59,563 nucleotides of DNA from Aplysia californica (Eukaryota), in assembly GCF_000002075.1 (NCBI RefSeq), contig NW_004797308.1:460606-520168 (forward strand), in the 5' to 3' direction. This document shows, piece after piece, positions 39,196-52,423 of this stretch. The notes beneath the pieces were generated by a model that saw only the letters and a list, made by a program, of their open reading frames with translations, ran no database searches and had not been told where the DNA came from. The position numbers and the translations under genes were made by a program. Positions within the stretch are counted from its first letter, which is position 1, and every line of letters begins with the position of its first letter.

Positions 39196-39968
39196 AGCCC
39201 CGGTTACACGTAACGATAAATTGTACAAAAACTGGACGATCTTGCGATCATATGATAAATCGTTAGGTGTAACCACAAAATTGTACAAATTTGGATGATT
39301 GAGCGATGGTTTGGAGACTTGGTTGAGAAATCAAGCGCTGCTTGATATTTTCAGTGCGATCAGTCAGATTCGAAGGAGACGCGCTGTGACGTAGGTTCAC
39401 TTTGAAATTTGCTGCCGTTCAGAAATAAACTCAGGGCTCAAATGTTTAAAAAATATTTATTGGAGGTAGAAATGGATTTTATATTCGGAATCAGCTTCTC
39501 ATAATGAAGCAAAGTTGTTCGCGAAGAACCTGATTTGGTGCGTTATTATGTATATTTTAGCAATTTCATTATTTAGTTTATTGTCAATGTTGAAGCTGTG
39601 CGTTGCACATCTGCAGTCAAATCAAAGCTTCTACTTCTACACACATCACTGTACAGTATGGCCACCTTTTTCTAAAGACACTGTTCTGCTATATCAAAAT
39701 GCGCAGGGGAGGGGGGGGGGGCTCTCGTGATCTAGTGGTACAGTGTTCGACTTTCATTCATTAGGTCCAGAGCTCAAATTCACATAGAGTGCAGGCAAAT
39801 CACGGTCATTGCAAAGAGACATGGTGGCTTATGACGAGGAATCTCATCGATTGAAAGAAACCTAGACAATAGATTGGAACGTGTAAACAAACAACATAGT
39901 TCAATAAAACGGACAGTTTTCTCATACGACGAATCTGATACAATTTATCATTGCGTGTAACCGGGGCT
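39196..39968. mobile_element. PIF/Harbinger-like MITE
   Basis: TAA|AGCCCCGGTTACACGTAACGATAAATTGTA ... TACAATTTATCATTGCGTGTAACCGGGGCT|TTA. Confidence 0.8.
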
Positions 39969-40198
39969 TTACTGTAACCAACAGGATATTTCTTTACTTC
40001 ATACTTTGTGCATTTCACTATTTATTTGTTATCAGAAGATGAGCTCATTAAAACTTGATATTTGGGAAAGTATTTTTCATAGTTATTTAGTTTGGTTCAT
40101 TCAGTGTTTAGTGTATACTCCAAAATGACCTTGCTATGAAAAACTTTGGTTTAGCAATATTGTTTTTTTTAGAATAAATCATCTTTGTTTTTGTATTA

Positions 40199-40638
40199 CT
40201 GTAAATTTCGGGCTGTTGAGCACACCTGTATAAAAGCCACACCCACAAAATTGTTTTTTAATCTAAACTTTTTTTTCCTAAATAAAGCTGCACTGGTTTA
40301 TAAGCCGCAGCAGAATATGCAACTCAAGTATGTCCATCACATTTATTTAGTGTCATCATTATCGTGTCGGCTGATTCAGCTGAAATCTTCTTCCTCAGTC
40401 TTGGAGTTGAACAGATCGAGTAGTGTCTGTTGGACTGCGTTTCTTAGGCGTATGCTAAAGTGTGGTGTTAAGGAAAATATGTCAACTTTTTTATGTTTTA
40501 GATGTATGGTACGAATAGACAAGGGAGGGACGCTCCTGCAATCAGGAAAATCCGCAAGTAAGCTGCATCATTGTTTAAGCCGCAGCAGGGTTTAAAGCTC
40601 AGGAAAAAAAGTCGCTGCTTATAGCAAGAGCTGTACAG
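40199..40638. mobile_element. Degenerate TA-flanked Tc1/mariner-type MITE
   Basis: TA|CTGTAAATTTCGGGCT ... GCTTATAGC..GCTGTACAG|TA, with repeated TATAAGCCGCA subterminal motifs. Confidence 0.5.
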
Positions 40639-41139
40639 TAACTTTTTCGTGCTTATTATATTATTTAACGTCAGTATTTAACATATGCTCAGGTCCAGTT
40701 GTGTTCAGAGTAAAGGTATTGATCAAAACCTTAAAGCAAAGAAGAGTTAACATTTATAGGGACTTTTGGTTTGTTTTGGGTTTTTAAATTTTTTTTTGTT
40801 GCCCATAGCTTTTTGTCTGCTTTTTCTCTTCTTGTTGTCATGCCCTTTTACATCCTTTTTTGTCACTCACTTCCTGTAGATTAGTTTAGAACTTTTGATG
40901 TGGCCTCCAACCTGGAAGGGACCAGCCATGTCCTCATATGTGTTCCTATGTTAGTTCGCAGGGGTAGTCAACTGCTGGTTCTTCAAACTGCAGTGCAACT
41001 GATTTTTACATATGTGACAGTTTTTTCTACTTCATAGGGCCCTTTGCTTTCAGGCAGCCACATTCCAATTTTGAAGGTACTCTATATTTTTTTATACTGA
41101 CAAGAGTATTTTCAGTTTTCGTAGGAATTAATTTCGAAT

Positions 41140-41545
41140 TTTGCTCGGATGGCTGCAGAGCCTACTCTAATGGATTTTAGGACCACCAAGGGATCTTTGA
41201 CATGTGCAGCTTGCACACCAGACCTCTTGAGATTTTTTGCCCTAATCCAAGAAGGCTAGGTTTTTTTTTTATCTTACCCACCGTAAAATCAGGGGTATAG
41301 CTGAAAGACAGCTGTAAAAAGGAGCCTGGAGTAGCAGTAGAAGAGGCGGGAGTAAGAGCTGAGAGAAGCACAGAGGAGGCCAGGCGTGGGGGGAGATGGT
41401 GGAGATGAAGGGAAATAACAGAACTGGACAAGAAAGGAGGTAAAAGGAGAAAATTTAAGAGAAGAAAATTTTTGTTGATGCTGTCGGGTTTTGATCCTGG
41501 AAATGAGAGGCAAACATGGTACCTTTAAACCACGAGGGGCCCCAA
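41140..41545 (-). mobile_element. SINE, second copy of the 8490-8930 family
   Basis: Shared CCTACTCT..GATTTTAG.ACCACCAAGGGATCTTT, GAAGGCTAG and GGAGTAGCAGTAGAA. Confidence 0.65.
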
Positions 41546-44500
41546 ACATGTCTTTCTTTGAAAGGCAAGTGCGATACACTCAGGGTAATAGTTCCCTTTG
41601 AAATCTTTCAGATCATCCTCATTTTTGTTTGCAAAAATAATTTGTAGCTATTGCTCTAGTATTTTATTGACTGCTAGTTATCACAGTTCATTATTTTATT
41701 TAATGTGATGTATCACAAGATATAGGGATGGGTGCAGAATTCACCTTTCTTGATTTTACGAATCTCTTCTATCTTCATTTTGTCTTGTTTCAGTTTAGTT
41801 GGTGTAGGGTGACATTTGAATTCACTGTCTTTCACAAATCTTGGCTACTGGCTTGTTTACCGACTGTTTTTCCCTGTTTCTTTTAGTGAAGAGCATAATG
41901 TCATCTTTTGTTTGCTGCATAACCTATTATAGAATTTGTAACGTTATAAGATTTTTAACATCTGTACAGCAGTGTGAGAAGTGGACTTCGCTCCCATGGA
42001 TATATATTGACTGTGGTCGTGAGAAAGAGCCCATGACAAAGATGAACTCACTTTTTATACAACAAAAGACAGGTCACATGGTACAAAGGTAGATTTCTCC
42101 TAAAATGCTCTTGCAATTTTATATCCAGACTAAACCTTGTTCACTCCCATTTTTACATAAGTTCCTTACCAGTACACTATTTACGGTAGCCAGGAATCTT
42201 TGCTTTTGTTTTGGTTGCTGTGGTCAAGTGTAATTTTCTATTTTTTTATGGAGAGAGTTTTATTTCTGCTGTTGTTATGGCATGATTATGCCAGGGATGT
42301 CTACAGATGAATGACGTAATGTTAATGCCCAGGAGCAAAAAACGTTTCACCTTATTATTCTATGTTTTTGTTTATGTATTGATCATGATCATGTATAAAA
42401 TGTAAAACCCTACTGGGTTTTTTGTTTCGTTAGTGCCTTGAGCTTGATATACAATGGGAAGATGCTACATTCATTAATATTATTATTATTATTATTGTTA
42501 TTATTATCATCGTCATCATCATTTTCATGGTGCCCATTATCATCAGTATTATTACATTATCATTAGTAGTAGTAGTAGTATTAATATTGTTGTTATTATT
42601 AATAATATTATTATTAATGTTGTTTTTGTTGTTGCTGTTCTTGTCATAACTACTGTTATTACTTTTATCAGCATTATTAACAATATTTTCTTGAAAAACT
42701 CTTTTTCCAATATTGCTTTCAGGATTATTTGATATTTTCATCGTGTTTTCTATCTTTTGTTTTCATCTTAATTAAGTGCAGACTATTCGTGACCTGTATA
42801 AGTATTGTACTCATTTTTACAATTGATATTTCTATGCACATGATAATTTTTTCACCTTAGAATGTCTCGACCCTTGTTATTATGCTTACTGCTACCTAAT
42901 TGTTATGTTTTCTTTTGATATTTAGAGTGTTAAAATTATGTTGTTAGAGAAAGACCCTCGATTGCTTCGCTGTGGACTTAAAAAGAAAAAAAGAAAAGGG
43001 ACACTTTTCAGTCACTTTTTGCATGGATTGATATCGTTGTCTCAATCTCTGCTCATATAAAAGTTTGGTTTTTTTTCTTTGCTATTAGCCATTAAACTAT
43101 GTGATGATAAATTTTACACTAACATCATTTTTACTCTCAGTTTTAATGGTGTGCTTTATTTGGTTGGCATTTGTAACAAGAGTAAGTAAAATCACTTTGT
43201 GATATTCATTAAAATTTGTTCTTGTACATGTTTGGGTATTTAATGGGGAAATGTGAATGTAAAAATGACTATTTATTTGTTAATTGTTATAAATCAATGA
43301 AAAATCGTGCTTATCCTAATTTATCTGAAACAAGCATTGCCCATTTGATTCTTAAGTACAGGTGATATCTTTAGTCGATGCTACTCTGCAATGGAAACAA
43401 TGTAGCTCTTTCGATACATTTTGTAAAGGCTGCAGGCTGTGAATGACTCTTTTTTTTTCTTCTAAAATAATGTTGTACATGATACATTTTCTTTTGTTTG
43501 TCTACACTACTGGTCTCCTTAAATTGATGGCATTCCTGTCATTCCCAGACATCTTTTGCTCAATGGTTCTCTTTTTTTAAAATTTGCAAGTATCTTTTTA
43601 CCATTCCCACCTCCAATATGAAATTGCACAGTTGAAACTCAACTTCGTACAAGTTTTTTTTTAAGTTGCAAAGTTTTTGGGTTTTTTTACAATTCCCACC
43701 TCCAAAATGAAACTGCATTTTTGAAACTCAAATTTATACTAAGTAAGCTTTGCAAGCTTTTTCGAATGCAATTCTTTGAATATCTTCATAACGACTCCGA
43801 ATAATTTTACGATTTTAATAGAGCAGATCGAACATTTGGTTTCTCACCGCATGTTTTTAGTAACTCAAAACGGCCAAAAATGTCAAGATAAAACTTTTAA
43901 ATTCTGAGGTAGCGATGTGTTGCCACGGAACACACATCATAACTTTTACCACACAGATAGTAAGATGTCCATTATGTTTTACAAGCACCCTGAAGGTCTG
44001 ACCAAAATAATTTAATGAGAGGGGAATTTGGAAAGAGGTGAGGAACTAAATATTGTATCACCAAATACAGGTACACTAGTCTGCTTATGACCATCTCTAT
44101 TAAGCGAAGAGAAATCACAGTAAGATCTGATCTAATGGTTGCTCCTGAAAATGGCCCCAAGCAGTTTAACGTGTGTTCAGTCGCTATTTACATTTCTTTT
44201 TCTCCAAAATCGTTAAACATTTAAATTTTGCTAGCAAGTAACTAAACAGCATTTGCATATCGCTAAGCCTTCAGAACGCTAAAGTTCTTCAATTCCTTGG
44301 AGTAGGGAAGAGCATCTGCATTGTAGTAGTAGTATTGTTAGTATCAGTGACCACAGGGTGTGTTTGTGCGTATATTATCTAGAGGGTGTGTATTGGGGAG
44401 CAGGAAAGTGTTTGCATACATGCTTTTAACTTTGTCATGTGAGATAGACCTTTCTGTACGTGATGCAATTTTAGAATGCAGGAAAGGATGACATTGTTTT

Positions 44501-45059
44501 ATATAAAATGCAGCTGGCAGTGAACTGTTGTTAGTTTTGTTCTTTGGGGGTTTTTTCTTTTAAAATGTTGCCTCTTTTGTTTCCCTGTACTGAATTTTGT
44601 GATCTCATATTTACATTTAACTTAGTTTATCGTGAAGAGTTTTTTTTTACTGTATCTTGTTGCACCCAGACTTTTGCCTTTTATATTTTATAATAAGATT
44701 CAGTGGTCACACTTGTATCTTTTTTTGTGGAAAAAAAAGAGAAGGAGCTAATAAACTGTTAAAATTGTGACTTTAGTTTTCTGTCATATTTATCTTGTTC
44801 ACTATGACATGATGTTTGCTCACAAACTCGGTGAGGAACTGTGCAATAAGGCATCGTAATTCTACCTTTACAAATTGTTGTTTAACATTTCTGTTTGTGT
44901 CCTCCTTTTGTCCTCTATGTAATATAAATTATGTGTCAACCAACCTATTTGCTTATACTCATCTATCTCTCTGTCTATCTATCTGCCAATCATTCTATCC
45001 ACCTGTCCATTGTAAAACTGTTAACTTGCATGAACTTATCACTCCATAACATATATATT

Positions 45060-45243
45060 TTAAGTTTTAGATAGTTTTACGGCACTTGCAACACAATACA
45101 GTCATATAGTCAAGTGCAGAAGATTAGAGGTGTAACAAGAGAGTAACAAACTCACAAAAAAGGGGGAGAGATAAGGACAATAGATGTTTGATAGGAAAGA
45201 ATGAGCAAACCACACCAGAACACCCCCCCCCCCAACCACCCAT
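45060..45243 (-). mobile_element. Copy of the 175-bp ACTAA-tailed retroelement
   Basis: Reverse complement of the family consensus (GTTTTACGGCACTTGCAACACAATA...GAGCAAACCACACCAG). Confidence 0.75.
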
Positions 45244-45590
45244 GATATGATTTTATTTTGGAATTCACCAACTGTATAGCCTGACTTGATCCGCTACCAT
45301 ATCGGCTACGTAAATATTTATTATGCAAGCAGTATCCTGCTTATTCTGTTCTGTGTGGGCGGTTGGAGGGTGCTACCGGTATGTTCTACTTCTTTTCTTC
45401 CCTCCTGTTGTTTCTGTCTGTCTAGCTTTTTTCCCCCGGCACCAAACGACCGTTGTTGTGTTGATGTGCTTCTATTTACTTTTTTTCTAAACCAAAAAGT
45501 CTTATACAATAAAACTATTGGTCGTTAATAAGCATGCGACATATCACGCGTCATGTACCAGGCTGTTGCCTCATAAAAATATTATTGTAA

Positions 45591-45800
45591 GTGGGTGACT
45601 GGCGGGTGCTTTGCTATGGTGCTGTGGTTTGCTCCTTCTTTCCTCTTACGTCCAGTTCACATATTATAACTTAACGTCCCTATCTCTCTAATTTCTTTCT
45701 TTTTTTTTTTTTTTGGTTCTTTGTTACTCTCTTGCAACACCTCTAATCTTCGGCACTTATATTATGACCTAATTGTGTTGCAAGTGCGGTGGAACTTTTT
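45591..45800 (+). mobile_element. Copy of the 175-bp ACTAA-tailed retroelement
   Basis: GTGGGTGACTGGCGGGTGCT...GTGGTTTGCTCCTTCTTTCC...GTGTTGCAAGTGCGG. Confidence 0.7.
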
Positions 45801-45838
45801 AAAAAAAAAAACAACACCCCCGGGGCGGTGCTACTGGC

Positions 45839-46612
45839 TGAAGTGTCTTTTAGCCATTCCGAAAAGAGGGACCTTTACCTTTTTCTTATGTAAAACACAG
45901 TAGAATTGTAAACGCCCCCCCTGATTAATGTCACGCTCATAAATTTGCCTGATCTACAACAGGGAACGGCTGCTTTTTCTTTCCTAATCCTTACTATTGT
46001 CATTTTTACTCTACTTCTTTTGTATGTTTGTCACTCTCTTGTGACCTGCTATTTTTGGGGTGCCTTGATAGTCGAAGCAGACCTTGTGCTGTTGAAGCTA
46101 GAGAGGTGAGCAGAATAAGTCTGATTCCCTGTAAAGACTTCTCTGTTGACTCCCACCCCTTGGCGCTCATACGACCTTATGCAGTTGCGAGCGCCGTAAA
46201 ACCCTCTACTATTTAAAAAATGAAGTGTCTTTAGGCCATTCCCAAAGGGGGGACATTAACATGTTCTTATACACAGAAGAATTGTAAATGGGGTGGTTCA
46301 TCAATGTCATGCTCATAACTGTGCTTGAACTGCAACAGGGAACTGCTGCTTTTTCTTTCCTAATCCTTACTATCGTCGTTTTCCTCTACTTTTTTTGTAT
46401 GTTTGTCTCCACTCATGTGACCCGCTATTTCCGGGGTGCCTTGATAGTCGAAGCCCGAAGCTGACTTTGTGCTGTTGAAGCTAGAGAGGTGAGCAGAGTA
46501 GGTCTGATTCCCTGTATAAAGGACCTCTCTATTGACATCCACCCTTTGGCGTTCATATGACCTTATGCAGTTGCGAGCGCCGTAAAACCTCTACTAAAAC
46601 TAAAACTAAAAA
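45839..46612 (+). mobile_element. Two tandem about 380-bp copies of a retroelement 3' end (related ACTAAA tail)
   Basis: Units start TGAAGTGTCTTT at 45839 and 46221. Both end GCAGTTGCGAGCGCCGTAAAAC(C)CTCTACTA, resembling the tail of the 175-bp family. Confidence 0.75.
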
Positions 46613-46849
46613 ACAACAACAAACAAACAAAAAAATAACCTGATATTGTAACTTCCCTCTCCTACAAGACTGAGCCACGTGGGAGATCAACTATGAAAAC
46701 TTGCGACAGAACCCATTTTTAATTAAAGAAGACCCCGTTTGAGGGCTCAAACGAGGTTCGCGGCTGGTACGCGGGTGCTCTGGTGTGGTTTGCTCCTTTC
46801 CTTTCAAACACCTATCGTCCTGATCTCTTCTCTTTTTTAATGTCTTTGT

Positions 46850-47063
46850 GTGGCGTCGGTGGCCTAGTGGTTAGGCTCTCGGACTCGCAACCGTAAGGTC
46901 GTGGGTTCGAATCCCGTCAAGGGTCCGACGTTGTGTCCTTGGGAAAGGCACTTTACACGAATTTTCCTCACCTCACCCAGGTGGGAATGGGTACCCGGCT
47001 ACAGACAGCGAAAGATCTTGTCAGTTTGTTAGTGTTTGAGCGCTTAATCGGCTGCTCGCACTG
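46850..47063 (+). mobile_element. Young tRNA-derived SINE (CORE-like), cut by an assembly gap and interrupting a 175-bp family copy (46762-46849)
   Basis: A-box TGGCCTAGTGG, B-box GGTTCGAATCCC, then TGTGTCCTTGGGAAAGGCACTTTAC. Confidence 0.85.
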
Positions 47064-48133
47064 NNNNNNNNNNNNNNNNNNNNNNNNNNNNNNNNNNNNN
47101 NNNNNNNNNNNNNNNNNNNNNNNNNNNNNNNNNNNNNNNNNNNNNNNNNNNNNNNNNNNNNNNNNNNNNNNNNNNNNNNNNNNNNNNNNNNNNNNNNNNN
47201 NNNNNNNNNNNNNNNNNNNNNNNNNNNNNNNNNNNNNNNNNNNNNNNNNNNNNNNNNNNNNNNNNNNNNNNNNNNNNNNNNNNNNNNNNNNNNNNNNNNN
47301 NNNNNNNNNNNNNNNNNNNNNNNNNNNNNNNNNNNNNNNNNNNNNNNNNNNNNNNNNNNNNNNNNNNNNNNNNNNNNNNNNNNNNNNNNNNNNNNNNNNN
47401 NNNNNNNNNNNNNNNNNNNNNNNNNNNNNNNNNNNNNNNNNNNNNNNNNNNNNNNNNNNNNNNNNNNNNNNNNNNNNNNNNNNNNNNNNNNNNNNNNNNN
47501 NNNNNNNNNNNNNNNNNNNNNNNNNNNNNNNNNNNNNNNNNNNNNNNNNNNNNNNNNNNNNNNNNNNNNNNNNNNNNNNNNNNNNNNNNNNNNNNNNNNN
47601 NNNNNNNNNNNNNNNNNNNNNNNNNNNNNNNNNNNNNNNNNNNNNNNNNNNNNNNNNNNNNNNNNNNNNNNNNNNNNNNNNNNNNNNNNNNNNNNNNNNN
47701 NNNNNNNNNNNNTTCACCAGGGTAGCACGACTACAGATATATACGGTATTAATAAAGCTCTCTGTCATATTTTCACAGCATAATCAATATACATGTAGAG
47801 TGTTGTGACTGGTAGTTTTTACTTCTTATTAGTCGTACTAATCTGTTCCTGTAGTAACGTAGCTGTTAACAGACATCAGCAACCCCCTCTCCCTTCCCCA
47901 AACGACAAACGAAACCTCAGTCCCAACAATGATATTTTTGTTTTATTTTGTTTTGTTTGTTTCCGTTGTTATCGCATGACTGGTGTACACATATTACAAA
48001 CTGCTCCGGGCAACTAAAGGTCTCTGTCTAAAGTTCTAAACATATGATACCATCGAGATTGTCCAAGACGGCCACCCATTGTCGAGAAAAAAATGGCCTT
48101 CTTAGATAGGTGGTCGTCTTACAAAATTTCTTT

Positions 48134-48164
<31 letters not shown>

Positions 48165-49605
48165 GCAAAAGGTGGGGGGAGGGGTGGCCATTAGTACATG
48201 TAATTGTAATTGTCTTATGCAGGTTGCCGAAAGGGCAGGTTCGACTGTGTCTGTTCCGATATTCGTCTCTAATGGCGTTAACATTAATGGTCATGAAGTC
48301 GACCCAACTTTTTCTGCTGTTCCTTGTCCGTCAAGGTGAATGCGACAAGTGCAACCCTGTAACATTGTAGGCCTACTTGCTGCCTTTTACTTTTTTGGGA
48401 TCCAGAGAAGACTCGGTCGTCTTATCATGCTAACTAGTGACCTTCTCGTCTGAGTGCTGAAGACATACAGTGACGGAAAAGTTGTACCGTACAAATGTGT
48501 GCAAAGGACAGAGGCGGCTGCATGTACAGAGCACGCGTGATAGCTTTTCATTTGCATTTCTACACAGTGTATTCTTTGGTGTGCGCGAGGAATTTTTAAA
48601 GAATTCATTTCTCTGTTGTGTTTGTTGGTGGTTTCGACATGGTGCGTAATTGCCGCCTGTATTTTGTACATGTACTATGTGTGTTTATTTTGAGGATGTC
48701 ATGATAACTGTGGAGCTTCGTCGAAGCGTTGCGAGACATAGAAAGTAGAAACACGCTAACTGGACCTTCCCAGGGTACTACTGCTCCCACCATCAAAATG
48801 ATAATGGATGAGTAAAGACAGAACGCAATGAGACCGAAATGTATGCTCTTGGTTAAAAAAGAGGAGAGGAGGGGGGAGAAGGGAGGCTTATTCAAGATAA
48901 TGCATGTTCAGAAGGTTTGGGTTCCTGCAAGTAACAGTAAGTCTTCTCGTTGTCAACACATGTGTATGAAGCGAGAGCAGCACGACTAAAGTGTACTTTC
49001 AGGATAGAAAACTCGTGTGTAGGACAGGAAGGTTGATGTGAAGAACAGAACTAGGCCTACTTTCACTTCGCCGTGTTAAATGGCCATTGTATATTTTTGT
49101 CTTGTTTTTGCTTTTTAAAACCATACAAACAGTATAATATTCTCTTTTTTTTTTGTATGGATATATCTAAAAAGGTCGTTTTTCTGTTCCGTCTTGCGTT
49201 AATTTTTTATACTATTAGGAGTCACTCGAACCGCCGATTTGGAAAGCACAACAACAAAACAAACAAAAAAAGCGTTTTGCACCCCCTACAAGCCAAGGTA
49301 GGTATGAAACAAGGCCAATGGCCTGGGTCTGTACGTGTCCATCACCAATTGGACAGGGTGAAGAGCGTACCAGACGTCATTTCTGAGCAGTGTGACACCG
49401 AACCCTTCCCTTTGAATGAAAGTGATCCGGGATGAAATGTATTTTACATTAAAATCTTTGGTTACGTATCATGAAGAGTTTTTATTAAAGCTCCTTACAT
49501 TATCATAAGGCAATTGATTGGAGACGTTCTATAATTCCGATAGCTGTCCTGCCTCTTAAACGCGACTTGAGACTACATGTACCATAATAACAGTAACAGA
49601 ACTGT

Positions 49606-49797
49606 GAGGATGATTGGAAGGTGCTCTGGTGCGGTTTGCTCCTTCTTTCATATCAAACATTTATTCGCCCTTATCTCTCACCTTTTTCCATGCTTGTTAC
49701 TCTCTTGTAACCCTCTAATCTTCGGCACTTACATAACTTTATTGTGTTGCAAGTGCCGTAAATCTCTTACTAAAACTAAACGAAAACGACAACTAAA
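49606..49797 (+). mobile_element. Copy of the 175-bp ACTAA-tailed retroelement, 8-bp TSD
   Basis: AGAACTGT at 49598-49605 and 49798-49805. Confidence 0.75.
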
Positions 49798-49870
49798 AGA
49801 ACTGTAAAACCCAAACACCACACTAAAGCATCTTGTTTATTTATCAACAGGCACTACGCTCCAGAGCTAG

Positions 49871-50542
49871 ATGGGCTTTCTCCAACAGCTGATGTCCGGA
49901 CCTGGGCCCTTGAACTGTCAGCGCTCCGTCCTCTGTGTGTTGAAGAACCACGCTGTAAAACTTGACGCACACTTACGTAGGAGTTATTGCTGTCTTCTCA
50001 AATCTGATCGAAGATTTTCATCTATCTCATCCGCGCACAAAATTACCCTCAGACATCAGAATACTTCTATAATCTGCCCAATCACTCGCCGCTCTCTTTG
50101 CTGGTCTAAGGGCTGCCCAACAAACAGTGTTCTGACATTGCCTTCGAGCAACGTATCGACAACGTCACTGCGTAATCGTCCACTCTATTCCCCCAACCAC
50201 ACAGTGACTGCTGGTTTACGGATTTTAAGTAACCCTCAAGTTGGCGTAGTCTTGACCTCAAAATCATTCGCCCATATAAAAAGAGAAGCGGTATTGGAAG
50301 AGAAATCATTGTCACATCAGAAATCTCACAACATTCTCTTTCCTACACGAACCATGAGTGTACATGGCAAGAACCCCGACCAGATGTCTTCAGCCAGCTC
50401 GTCTGTCTCGAAAGGAGAGGCGCCGGCGTCCGACCCGACACGCCTCAAAGACGTTTCGAGAGAAGCACAAACAACTCGAGAAGCAAGGGAGATATTTAAC
50501 CAGGCGGTCAACGCTGTACTGCCCAGTCAAATGATCCGAAAT
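49871..50542 (+). CDS. GLYCTK: GLYCTK paralog C coding exon 1 (long N-terminal extension; exon starts at 49851)
   Basis: Acceptor CAACAG ending 49850; ends EAREIFNQAVNAVLPSQMIRN|GTGAGA. Confidence 0.8.
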
Positions 50543-52368
50543 GTGAGAGAGCTACTGAGTCTTATTCTTTGCGTTTGTCAGTATGCCCCCCCCCCCCTTT
50601 TGCCATGCCCGTTTGGCCGACTTGAATGGCCTACTAAATGTGGCCTACCCTGGACGCTCAGATAGTAAGAACGTATAGGGCCTACCACTTATCTCCTTGT
50701 CTGTTNNNNNNNNNNNNNNNNNNNNNNNNNNNNNNNNNNNNNNNNNNNNNNNNNNNNNNNNNNNNNNNNNNNNNNNNNNNNNNNNNNNNNNNNNNNNNNN
50801 NNNNNNNNNNNNNNNNNNNNNNNNNNNNNNNNNNNNNNNNNNNNNNNNNNNNNNNNNNNNNNNNNNNNNNNNNNNNNNNNNNNNNNNNNNNNNNNNNNNN
50901 NNNNNNNNNNNNNNNNNNNNNNNNNNNNNNNNNNNNNNNNNNNNNNNNNNNNNNNNNNNNNNTGACCGCTATGTCTTCAGTCTACTCATTCCGATGCTTT
51001 TTCTTCCCGACTACTCTTTCCGTCCCCGCATGCTATAATTTTCCCGTCTGTCTACATGTCTTTGTACCCAACTTAAGATATTATTGTTGGAGGATACTAT
51101 GGTGTGGTTTGCTCCTTCTTTCCTATCGAACATCTATCGTCCTTTTTTCTCTCCTCCCTTTTTTTAGTTTGTTGCTTTCTTGTAATACTCCTAATCTTCG
51201 ACATTTATATGACCTAATTGTATTGCAAGTGCCATATAACTCTTACTAAAACAAAACAAAAAAACTCGACTCTAGATCTGTCTGTACGATTTCCTGTATA
51301 CAGTCGAACCTCGAACCAGTCCAAGACAACTACCCATTGTTGAGGAGAAAAGCAGTTGTTTTAGACAGGTGGTCTTCTTGGTCAGGTCAGATGAAAATGA
51401 AGAAAACGATTATTCCATTCTGAATGAGATCCCAACTAAAGATGCTTGCAAGTTCAGGATTGCCGAATGGTCCATTTACACTTTTTTTTCTCTTTTTTTT
51501 TGGGGGGGGGGGGTATTTCTTTTGGAATGAGGGGGAAAAAGAGATATTGGGTTATAACGACTCGTCTACAGCGTTTGTGGCCGTTAATTTATTATTGCAA
51601 CACCTTGGACGATGAGAGATTTGCGTGCTCATTTTGGACAGTTTTTGGGACTTAAAATATAGCGGTCGACTTGAACACTGTCATCATATAAGAGAAAAAC
51701 GCTAGGGGAGAAGTGGAAAGTACCGGTAGTTGTTTGTACAGGTGGTCGTCTTGGTCAAGTGGTCGCAAGAGTAGGTTCATCTGTATCTTCAAATACGCAT
51801 TTCTAGACCCCCCCCCCCCCTCTCTCTCTCTTAGCCAACTAATTTGTCTCTATGGCTGCCCTCTTGCCATCTTCTCTAGCTCTGCTTGGTCTTTTTTTAC
51901 TGCTTCTCTGTCTGCCTTTTACTGACCAACCGATCTTTTTGTTCGTTTCTATGATTTGATCTTTTCTTCTTTTTAAAAAAAACTTTTTTGTCCACAGTCC
52001 CTTCAGTTTGACCCTGCCAGTGCGACCTTACGAGTGTCAGGCCAAGAGTACAAGGTGGATCACAATGTGTATGTGGTGGGTCTTGGTAAGGCGGTGCTGG
52101 GGATGGCCAGAGCTGTAGAGGATTGTCTGGGGAGTCACCTGGTGCGAGGTGTGATCAGCGTGCCCTCTGGTGTCGTCACTGCGCTTGTGGAAGCCGGCAA
52201 AGAGTGAGTACATGGACTCGTGTGTGTGTGGGGGTGGGGGGGTATATGTGTGTGTGTGTGTAGGTGTGTATGTGTGGTACGTGTTTTTTGGGGGGAGGGT
52301 ACATGTGTGTGTGTGGGGGGGGGGGGGTACATGTGTGTGTTTAGGTGTGTGTGTAGGTGTGTGTGTTT

Positions 52369-52423
<55 letters not shown>

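Noticed and set aside
46850-46925. Apparent tRNA gene
   Set aside because: It continues directly into a SINE body found in multiple copies, so it is a SINE head rather than a functional tRNA.
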